In this document: positions 50,818 to 60,883 of the stretch, one piece after another
Numbering within the stretch: the first letter of the stretch is position 1
How the letters are laid out: each line of letters opens with the position of its first letter
DNA from: Utricularia gibba
Taxonomy: Eukaryota > Plantae > Magnoliophyta
Length of the DNA stretch: 64,000 nt
Direction of reading: 5' to 3'
Assembly: GCA_002189035.1 (NCBI GenBank)
Contig: NEEC01000004.1
Span: 4,464,001-4,528,000 of the forward strand
The notes under the pieces: generated by a model
What the model was told of the DNA's origin: nothing
Database searches by the model: none
The model's input: the letters and a program-made list of their open reading frames with translations, nothing else
Made by a program: the position numbers and the translations under genes

Positions 50818-51532
50818 ATGTTTGCTGCTTTTGAATTTTTTTTATCAAGTTTGATGTATAGGGATGAAGAACCGAGTCCGCTGTTCCAAATCGCTGATAT
50901 ACAGTGCGATCGAAGATGAGGAGGAGTTTCGAGAAGCAATCGATTGACCTAAGCTTCTTTTTTTAATTTTCCGGGTTTCCTATTGTTTTCAGTCGAATTC
51001 CGTGCTGTTTTCTGATTTTGGAAATGGGAATTCTTCGTTAACACTGATATCTTGATTGTTCATTTTTTCCTGATGGCAATGTGGATTCAGAAGACCTCGT
51101 TAAGTAGTAATGGGTTAACAACTGGTTATGTCATGCAATGCTGGGACTTGAACTGACTACTGAATGACGTAGAGATGCACACCAAAAAAAATTGAATACT
51201 GAATGCCCAAACTATGAGTTGTAATGCATATCAACTTGCCTATGTTAACCAGGACTTGGCTCTGGGATCAGGGGGCTGTCTATGAGGCCAATGTAGATTA
51301 CCTGTAGACAAGATAGCGGGCAAAGGCTAACAATGGGTTTTCTATGTATTTGATGCTCCAGATCCTCCTGAACCTTAAGCGATATCCCTTTCAGTCTTCA
51401 AGTTCTTGAAACGTGCTTTTAGCAATCAAATTCTAGAGTTGAATGAATAGTCAGTCATTGCTTGGGCAAGTTTCCTTAGCTTCACAAGTTTTGCAGGTTG
51501 CTCCTCGTGGAATTGCAGATGCAAGGGACTGA
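50818..51532 (+). pseudogene. DMC1: DMC1 meiotic recombinase pseudogene, internally deleted
   Basis: Collinear fragments: MFAAF (50818), DEEPSPL..IEDEEEFREAID* (50863-50947), MHTKK (51175-51189), GIRGLS/EANVD/VDKI (51264-51315), GKG*QWVFYVFDAPDPPEP*A (51319-51381), AT-AC intron, VLQVAPRGIADARD* (51488-51532). Confidence 0.93.
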
Positions 51533-51870
51533 TGGGGGTTCTCCCTTTGGGTAGCCTCCACCACTCAGTAACTTCTTGCTGTCAAATTCAGATATGTAAG
51601 GGCAGATGAATATGGCGACCATCATTCATGGAAACATTACACAGTTGCTCTTGCATGCATCAACTTTCCAGGCAAGACTACTTTCCTCTCTTCCAGATTC
51701 TGTAATGCTTCATATTGTTGCTCTAACAGATCTGTGATTAGAAGGCATTCAGTAGATGTAAAACACTGCATAAAGAAAGCATACGATGTACAAGGCATGT
51801 TTGTCATAAACGATGAAGTAAGTTTTTGTGTAGGTGAATTAACTGGGAGTAGGATAGCAGAATATCTTAA

Positions 51871-52277
51871 GGCTTCGTTTAGTTTGTGGGTCCGAGTTTA
51901 ACTTGGGTGTGAATTATTTGGGTATTTTTAAACTTATAATCATGAGTTTTGTGGAAAAATGTGTTTGACCACCCGATTAATATTATTTAGATTTTTTATT
52001 ACATGAGTTTTGAATGCTGATTTATAAAAGATGTGTTTACCATTATTTATGTATGAAATTACTTAATTTCCACTTAAAATTGAAAAATAAAATATATTAT
52101 AAGATAGGATATATTTAAACATACCTTTGGATGGGTTTATATAAACCCATATTTATGGGTTACTGATTAGTTTATCTAAGCTTATAGAATAAATTTATAT
52201 TTTACAATAACCCACGTATCAATCATTCTAAAATATTAAATTTATCTATAAACATGGTTTGCGAACCAAATTTGGCC
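51871..52277. mobile_element. Tourist-like (PIF/Harbinger) MITE
   Basis: TAA on both flanks (51868-51870, 52278-52280); degenerate TIRs GGCTTCGTTTAGTTTG / GGCCAAATTTGGTTCG; AT-rich interior with a 20-bp palindrome at 52131-52150. Confidence 0.5.
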
Positions 52278-52765
52278 TAAATCATATAAGATAATTTTAA
52301 TTTTTTTATGTTATATTAGAACATTTTTTTGTATAAATAATATTCACTTTTTTAATATTATGTAAGATAATTTCAATTTTTTTCACTCGATTTCTTTATC
52401 ATTCTTCATTTTTTAAAATAATTATTTTTTTTACATCCTTCTTTTCGATTTATTCAAATAAATCGATATTTGATGTATATTTTTAAAAAATTATGTACTT
52501 TTAATTATAATTTATTTAAAATGATATTATTGTTTAACATATTTTTATACTTCCTAATTATCAAACAAAATCTAATATTTAAAATATTTTTATTTCTCAT
52601 GTAATATAGCTATTAAAACATTATCTCGTATATCAATTTTCCCGAAACAAATGCAAATTGAGATCAAAATGCAGAATGCGAGAAACATGATCGTAAGTAT
52701 AAAAAATTATTCATAGTGCATAAAATAGAAAATCAAGATGGTTATTTTTTTAAATGGCCAAGTTT

Positions 52766-53035
52766 CACGTGGCATAACGTATGGCTTCAGTTGAGTTTCG
52801 AGCAATAAGATTGGAGCCTAGGAATGAAGCAGAAGTTGGTGTCGTTGCAAACTCCCTATTGGGGGTTGGAATCCAAGGTCTCCCTTGCTCTTGATTTAAA
52901 AACAAAAAACAAAACAAAGGTGGAATTTTGATCACCACCACTCAGGAGGAGGTACTAGAAGTTTCCGGTGGCCAAGTCAGGTACGTGGAAGTTGTTCCGC
53001 TTTCCATTTTGAGATGCTGCGGACACCGACGTGTC
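52766..53035 (+). promoter_or_regulatory. G-box/ABRE cluster in the ELIP promoter
   Basis: CACGTGGC at 52766, ACGTGG at 52983, ACGTGTC at 53029. Confidence 0.55.
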
Positions 53036-53154
53036 CGCGGAATATCCATGTGTTTGTTTGTTGGCACTTTTTCATTCTCTTTAAATTCCCACCATCCGGC
53101 AGCATCCACCATCAACTCCAGCCCAGATTTGCAGTCCAGTATACATTTCCGGCA

Positions 53155-53749
53155 ATGGCAATGGCAATGGCAATGTCCAGCAGCATCCTCTCATTCGTTC
53201 GATCAAATCCCTCTGTTGGGCTGCCACCCAAGCACACGATGAAGAGGATTTCAAATTTCCGAGTTCGAAGCATGGCGGACGTAAGTTTTGTCTTCAATTC
53301 CTCTCTAGTTTTAAGAAACCCACAGGAAATATTGAATCAAAGTTGGATCTTGATGTCTTTTTTCAGGGACCCGAGGATGCTGTACCCGAGGCGCCACCAG
53401 TGAAGGCGGCACCTGGGTTTTCCCAGATCCTGGCGTTCAGTGGTCCCGGCCCAGAGAGGATCAACGGTAGGCTGGCGATGATCGGTTTCGTGGCGGCGAT
53501 CGGCGCCGAGTTGATCAACGGACAGGATTTGCTCCTCCAGCTGCAAAACGGCGGCGTGTCGTGGTTCTTGGGACCAGCGCATTGCTCACCGTGGCCTCTT
53601 TGTTGCCGTTGTTCAAGGGAGTGACGGCGGAGTCTGAATCCGGCAATGTAATGAGCTCAGATGCCGAGCTTTGGAATGGCAGATTTGCGATGCTCGGTTT
53701 GGTGGCTCTGGCGCTCACCGAGTTCGTCAAAGGAGGAGCTTTGGTTTAA
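53155..53749 (+). CDS. ELIP: Early light-induced protein; 1-bp frameshift at ~53570 (sequencing error or pseudogene)
   Basis: Exons 53155-53280 and 53367-53749; [19 protein letters not shown], then the frame shifts at WFLG to [44 protein letters not shown]. Confidence 0.9.
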
Positions 53750-54068
53750 AGAAGCCCTCACCAGAATTCCAAGTGAAAAGCAAAACTTTTTGTTAGCTTT
53801 AGTACAGGTCGTATGTATGAATTCTACATGTGGAATGATATTTGCAAGCCCTGGTTTTTATTACAGAAAACCACCCATGACACACATTAGTTACATACTT
53901 CATCCCTTCAAGCTGACAAGCGTATGGTGGAGCTAAGCTCCATCATTTTATTGTTCTACTTATACAGTGCCGTAACAGTGCTACCGTTTCTCTGATCTCC
54001 AAGGGGCACATCAAAGCTGAGGCACAGTTTTATCAGATGTGCCACATAAGGGAGGGGGAGATGAGTTT

Positions 54069-55679
54069 TCAGGCAGAAGCACCGATCCCCTGTCTGTCCC
54101 CCAGCTTCTGCACGAATGCCTCAATGTATCGTTGCCTAGGACGTGCCAATAGCCCAGCATTAGACAACATATCTTAACCAGAATTGTGTGTATATGTAGG
54201 CAAGATGCAGCAATGAAGATGAAAGAGAGAAGATGGAAGAGCACCTTGCAGGGAGATGATCATGGGGTCGGTTATATGGAGTCCAGACAGGCTCACCAAC
54301 AAAGAGGCGCATAGCCTGCAGTGATAAACGAATGATTCTACTGTGTTTGGAGAAGTTTACATTGAAGCAATGGAGGCTGGTTCGATGAGAGAAGGATCCT
54401 TATAGGGTACATCACCTTGATGTAGTTGTCAGAATCAAGTGTGAATCGGTGGTATATTCCGGCGGGGAAGACAACCAGAGCCCCTTTCTTCACCCAAACG
54501 CGGATCCAAGCTTCATCATGGTCACGCACATCAAAATAACCTACACTTTCAGAAAGCCATTTAGATATACATATAAAGAATCAACAAGAGCATCATGGGA
54601 AGCAGTAAGTAGTGGCAGTGATTGAGAATATACCACTTCCTGCAAGGCAGTAGCGTATCTCTTCATCAATGTGCAGGTGCTCCTCGTAGAAGCTCTTGAT
54701 CTTCTCATTGTAGTTTGGCATCTTCTCTTTACTTACTTCGCAAAAATCCTACAGATTAATCACGTAGAATCCTATAATACGAGCCATCTACCATGGAAAA
54801 TTTTCGCAAACATATTGATCTTCCAGGTAGCTCAAACAAAATATACCATGTAGGTGTATCCACGGCTTTCACGAATTTTCTGCAATTCTGGATCTGTTTC
54901 GTATTTGTCTGCATCCAACTTCCAAGCAAGCACTCCAAGCTCTAAGAAATTTCCAGGAACAAATCATCATTCAGAAAGAAGCATTTACAAATTCTCGACT
55001 TTGGAAAGTAACTGAATTCCTATATACTCAATCTATTTAACTCAGGAAAAGACACAAGCATCTAACTCGATCAACAATGATATGTTTAAAGTCTCAATTC
55101 ACGAACTGCAACATAGGAAACTTCGGAGTATGCATTTTCACCTTCAAGTTTTTCAAAGGAAACGAACTCCTTGGGATTCCGGTGATGAGGGAGTCTCTGA
55201 TCCTCCTCACTGTCATCCATATACCAAGCTTGGATAACTTCCTCCCGCTCATCCTGCATCGTGAGACCGTATTCACATTATCCTCAAGAAGACTCTCTAT
55301 GTCTCTATCAAATCATGAGATCAGGGAAAGATCATAAGGAGCCAAACACCAAATTCATGAGCAATAGACGCATACACCTCATGAAAAACCGTAACTTGCA
55401 ATGAAAAGGGTCTCATTCACCTCATGAAAAAAACCAACCAAGCACATACCAAATAAAAAACTCAAGTAAATCCAATAGACCCAAAAACTGGGCGCCTTTA
55501 TCTTCTTCCCAGAAACTAGATACCTTCAATCACGGCAAATATACTAACTAAACTAATAACCAACCAATAGAAGACTCGTGCCGGCAGCGCCCATGAAACA
55601 TTGGACATCCGAACAATGCAATTCCAGAACGCTAACTCTCATATACCTCCGATGATCTTACCTTGCACAGAGAACCCAT
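54069..55679 (-). CDS. ARD: Acireductone dioxygenase (methionine salvage)
   Basis: Exons 55679-55662, 55253-55142, 54941-54847, 54748-54634, 54540-54416, 54315-54245, 54135-54069; [11 protein letters not shown] and GIYHRFTLD metal ligands. Confidence 0.96.
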
Positions 55680-55871
55680 AATCCTCTTCGCGCTGAAATC
55701 TTCCATCACGAAAAGCATGTGAAAAAGGCGTATAAGAGTTTGCCAAGACGGCTATTAAGTACTAAATTACCCCTCACCCAGCTGCCAGTGTTGCTGGTTA
55801 TTTCGTCATTTACTTGTATGCACGGGGAGTAGATATTTATAATGTTGTAAGCAGTTGTTTTTAAAATAAGC

Positions 55872-56530
55872 ATGAAAGAGACTTGCCGGCGATACCACCG
55901 GCGCCCACCGTGTTCGCATTTTGTTTTTGCTGACTCCTACATTCCGTAATCCTGTTCATTGGTGTTTTTGAAAGTTGAATATCAACTCATTCGAACGGTA
56001 ATTTTGGTGCAGGGAAATCGAGACGACAAGTTGTTGGGAGCCGCAGCATTTGAAATTGAAAACTCGGAGAAAGATATAGAGGAAAGTGACCACAAATTGG
56101 ACATATCCCACAAGGTGTTCGACAAATTGAGTGAAAGAAATTGATTACTTGGGCAAACAAAACCAAGCCCAGAAAGAGACACATTTTAAATTCACGGTGT
56201 CAGCCGCCAACCTGCGCCCTGCAGTTATTTCTTTGCTTCTATTTCTTCTTAATCTCGTCCTCATACATCTCCTTCACTTGTCTTTTATATTTCTACGGTA
56301 CGGTGCTCCCTCCATTTACCCAGTTCTCTTCATTATGTCTTTGCAGATTCACCATGAGGGTCTGAACAGGGAGAAGAAGTCACGTTTGTGTGAAGTTTTT
56401 CCTGCAAAAAAACTGTTGGTCTATCTGAAGCATGGTTGAAGGCAAAACGAGGTCCCCTCCCTCCCTTACCCTGTACTAGACATCCATTATTGAATTTATT
56501 GCAGGTGGAAGGAACAGAACAGAACAGTAC
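55872..56530 (+). pseudogene. Unidentified multi-exon relic (PEAPOD/TIFY4 candidate; also a PPR-like word)
   Basis: ETCRRYHRRPPC (55878-55913), EGLNREKKS after an acceptor (56356-56382), KVFDKLSERN (56113-56142); several tgcag acceptors and no intact ORF. Confidence 0.35.
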
Positions 56531-57120
56531 AGTAACCACCAATTTGTAGCACTCTCCAAGTTTTTACCAAACTTCACATGTGCATTGTTTCTCCCCAAAG
56601 ATGTAATCTTTGTATCCCTTTGGGGTGCTGTTTATTCTGATTTGAGGTGTGGATTCATGGGTTTCTTAGATTATGAATGAACTGTTGATGTCAAAACAAA
56701 ACACACACCGTCAAAGCAGTGGAAAAATTCTACCTTGTTGTCTTGTCTTGACGTCTGCGGGTTCACATTTCGTGACTTTTTGTATCAAAGTTTCCTGCTT
56801 TATTCCTGCTGGTATTTATTGCATTGGACTTTGTGGTGGAAGTTGATTAGTCTGAAACTCTCATCTCATCTCCAACTGTAAATTAAATTCAGGGGATTGT
56901 AGATTGATGATGGGTGATGATAACATGAAAGTTATACTTTTTTATTGTGGAAGCCGACACGCACAAATAAATGTCTCTGTCCCATGACATCTTCACTCAA
57001 TCACCCACACGCACTCAGCTCATTTGACATAGACTCACTTATCTTCTCTTCTTTTTTCTCTTCTCTAGTTGTTCTTCTCTCTGTTCCTTCTTCCTGTCTC
57101 CTTTCTTCTTCTAGATTCCG

Positions 57121-57568
57121 ATGGGGTGGCTCCGCCGTATCTCCGTGGCGTTTGTTCTCCTCACCGCCGTGGCAGCTCTGCGTTTCGACTCACAACCACC
57201 ACCTGAACTCAGTAAACCCGTTCACTTACTCATTGGCACTGACTCAACCCTGAGTCTCTTTGCATATTCATCCAGAAGCACATACAACGCACATCACCGG
57301 CTCGTCTTTCCCTAGTCTTCTGATCTGGAATTCCACCTTCCATTAACTCCTCTCGTTATCCCTTTCAGGCTTGGCGGATGAAAGGGGCGTGGGGCGGCGG
57401 CGAGCCAGCTTGCTGGGGTCGTGGCCACCGTCCTGCAGATTGAAATGCGGGCGGTGCTGGCCGTGCGTGGCGGTGCACGTGCCGATAGAACCCGGGATGA
57501 GCATAGCGATGGAGTACTATCCCGAGGCATGGAGATGCAAGTGTAGAAACAAGCTCTTCATGCCTTAG
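57121..57568 (+). CDS. EPFL: EPIDERMAL PATTERNING FACTOR-LIKE peptide (EPFL4/5/6 clade)
   Basis: Exons 57121-57211 and 57369-57568; signal peptide, then GSWPPSCRLKCGRCWPCVAVHVPIEPG..EYYPEAWRCKCRNKLFMP with six Cys. Confidence 0.93.
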
Positions 57569-58837
57569 GAGCAGCAGGAAAAATATTATATTGTTTTTTT
57601 GCCTTTTTTAATCGCAATATTTTGTTTTTAAAGCATTTTATTTCACTTATTAAAATTAAAATCCATGAATAACGAACACATATATTATATTGTAATATTT
57701 TAATTAAAAAAAAAGTGGAAATGGATTCAATTATTGCAATTAGTCACTAATAAATTCGTACATTAAAATAATGGGGTATGTTCCTCAACCGCAGGCATGG
57801 AAGGGGTTGGTTGCACTTTGCATCAAATCCACTTTAATTTAATAATAATTATTATTCATTTTAATCAAATAAACCATTTTCGTCTTTTCCTGTATTACCG
57901 AATAACATCCAACTAATTTATTCCTTTATTCAAAAAACAATGAGGTGTTCGTATAATGACCCTAGAATTATTAATTAAATAAATTACGAAAATACGTTAA
58001 TTAAATAAATCACGTTGTTGACAGTCGCAAACCCCGGCGGCAGGGGCGGCCCACCTGCCCCCCGATCATCAAGAGAAGCATGGGATCCATGGCCGTGAGA
58101 TGACGGAAATCGTATCGGCCGGCGGCGCCTCTTTTGAAATCAGGGAATCGGATTTATAACCAGACTCCGATGATGGTCCGACGGTGTAGACTACATAGTG
58201 TAATAACATATGGTATGTTTAAATTAAACATCCAATAGATCTGATTAACACGTGTGTAAAACATAATTACATAATAAATATGTATTACATTGTTAAAAAT
58301 AATTTTAATCAATTATTAGTAATTTAAAATCTTTTATATATATGATTATATTATTTTAATTTTCTAAAGTAAAATTATTTGTTCTAATAATTATATTCAA
58401 GTTGAACTAGTCTTTTTGTATGTGATTAAAAAAATTTTATTGTAAAATCAAAACAAAGAAAAAAATGCTGGTGAAGGTTGTAAGGGATGAGTTGCTCCCA
58501 CACTGGAATATTAATTAGATCTATTTTTCATATGCCAAATCTAATATATATCTTTTTTTAAATAGTATTTTGAAAAAATTTTAAAAATTATTTTTACTTT
58601 TTTAAAAAATAGAAATAAAAAGTAAAATTAACGTATTCTATACTTTTCGAAAAATAATTTTGTATTACAATTTAAAAAGTATTTTTGATCAAATTAATTT
58701 TACGATTGATAATATTCTAAAATAAAATTATTTTTATTTGTTGAAAAATAAAAATAAACTTCAAAATTTTTTCAAAACAGTGATTTAATTTAATTGAAAC
58801 TCATACTACTATCAAATTCATTTTATTTATTTAAATC

Positions 58838-58940
58838 ATCATGTTGAAATTAATATCTCAATGGAACACATATGTCAAACTCAAATATCATGTTGAGATT
58901 AATAGATGGATGGAACGCGTACGTGAAACTCAAATATCAT
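58838..58940. repeat. Diverged 49-bp tandem duplication
   Basis: Units start at 58838 and 58887 (atcatgttga.attaata....atggaac....a.gt.aaactcaaat). Confidence 0.7.
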
Positions 58941-59446
58941 CATAAGTTTGAGCTGAAACACCCTCCACTGGGATTGGATCAAAGGGACTGATTTGCATTA
59001 CACAATCCATCATAAGTTCCGGTGAGTGCTCGACTGGGGACCGACGCGTGGCGGAGGATGGGGCCTGGGGAGCAGTTGGGGCGAGCCCGGCGCCACGTGA
59101 GGCTGTGTGGCACCTGTGCGGCACCCTACAGGGAGCCCTTTTGTATGGACCGCGCGTCTCATCATGTGCGCGGTCACCCTTTTTGGTGGAGCCATTCATT
59201 CGCTCTCTCTCTGGTTTCGTGTGCAGCCCTCCCTCGGCACACAATCGGACCCCTCGCCCCATCAATCACCAACACACTGGTCATTAATAACACATAATAA
59301 TAAAATATATAATATATTATAAAACAATACTACCAGATTGAGTTTAATTTTTTTTAATATAATCTATATTTTTTTTGTATATTTAAATTTCAAGTATATT
59401 CATGACAACCCATCATATTCTTGAATTTCAACACAACAAACCTGAA

Positions 59447-59697
59447 ATACTTGTTTGGTTGATGTGTTTTAGGTATTAGTGGGTTTATATTATTTGATTT
59501 TAACTAAACCTAAATATGCGGGTATAAAAATACTCATAACCTCTATTAAATATACATATATCCATATTGGAGGTTATTACATGAATATGATAATTATTAT
59601 ACCCATATATAAAGTATAATTATAACTACATACCAAACAACACGATTTTATTAAACCTACCATAAACCAACCTTATACCATCATATCAAACAAGGAT
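59447..59697. mobile_element. Possible Tourist-like MITE
   Basis: Left CTTGTTTGGTTGATG versus right (reverse complement) CTTGTTTGATATGATG; AT-rich interior; no clear TSD. Confidence 0.35.
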
Positions 59698-60883
59698 AGT
59701 TATATGATGCGGTATGTTGCGCACCACTTCCACCGGCTCAACTGGTACTCAAGATCTGGAAGTCGGTCCGCGGAAACTCTGTGGATTTGGCCAGTCAAGG
59801 TCAACTGGTTGCTTTAAATAGCCCCATCCTCGTATTGCGTACACCTGCATTTTATTTCCCAAAATACTCTTACAATTAAAAATATCAAGAATTGTAATAA
59901 ATGAACTCGTGTTCTAAACACACCTACATTTAGAGCAATGCCAGTTTGATTGATGTGTTCTTACTCATTCAATTATATTTATTTAAACTTTTAGAGTTGA
60001 TTTGATAGTAAAGTATTTGAATATAGTATAATTAATTATGTATATACTTAATTATAAAGCATATAACAAATTTTGTATTTTATATATGAGAATTGAGGTT
60101 AAAATATAACAGTTGAAAATAATGTTTAATAGTTATTAGTAAAGATAGATATATAATAATTTTTAAAATGATATAAATGATAAAACATGTACTTATGTAA
60201 ATATAATTGATCTACTCTCTTCTCCCTCCTCCTTCATTGGTATATATCACTTTAATACTCAAAAAATGAATATGTTATTAATATTATCATATAAGATTGA
60301 CATATATATACTAGTTAATAAAACAATATTTATGTGTAAACTTGGTATAAATTTTATATACTATACTATCAAACAACTTGTCATTATATATGAATTTTCT
60401 TAGGCAACTGAGTTTTAAATTTAATTTGTTTTAAGTATATATTTGCAAAATTTACATACTAAAGCACTTTCAATTACAATTAAATGAAGTAAACGTCATT
60501 TTATATATTACATATTACAGTATTTCAAATAAAAAATATCAAATATTTCAAATAAATTAAATATTTATCATTGAATAAGATGTATGTCATAAGATATCAA
60601 TAGTTATAAATAATTTTTTTCAATATATATAGTAATTTAAAATTTAAATTAATATAAGTAGGTAATTTATTTATTTAATATTTTAAATAAATAACATATT
60701 TCATTTAAACAATATAATAAATTTTTGTGTACGTTTTCGGAATAAATAAATACAACAACGGGCACAAGGGGCCCAATATTGGACATTAATCATTTTAAAT
60801 GAAAATTTAATTATATTAATTAATTACGCATTACAACCTAATCCAAGAATTAAACGACCCAGCTGCAGCTCTTTGAAGGAGAA

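Noticed and set aside
47847-53047. P1BS matches at 47847 (GCATATTC) and 53040 (GAATATCC)
   Set aside because: Isolated degenerate 8-mers are expected by chance in 64 kb.
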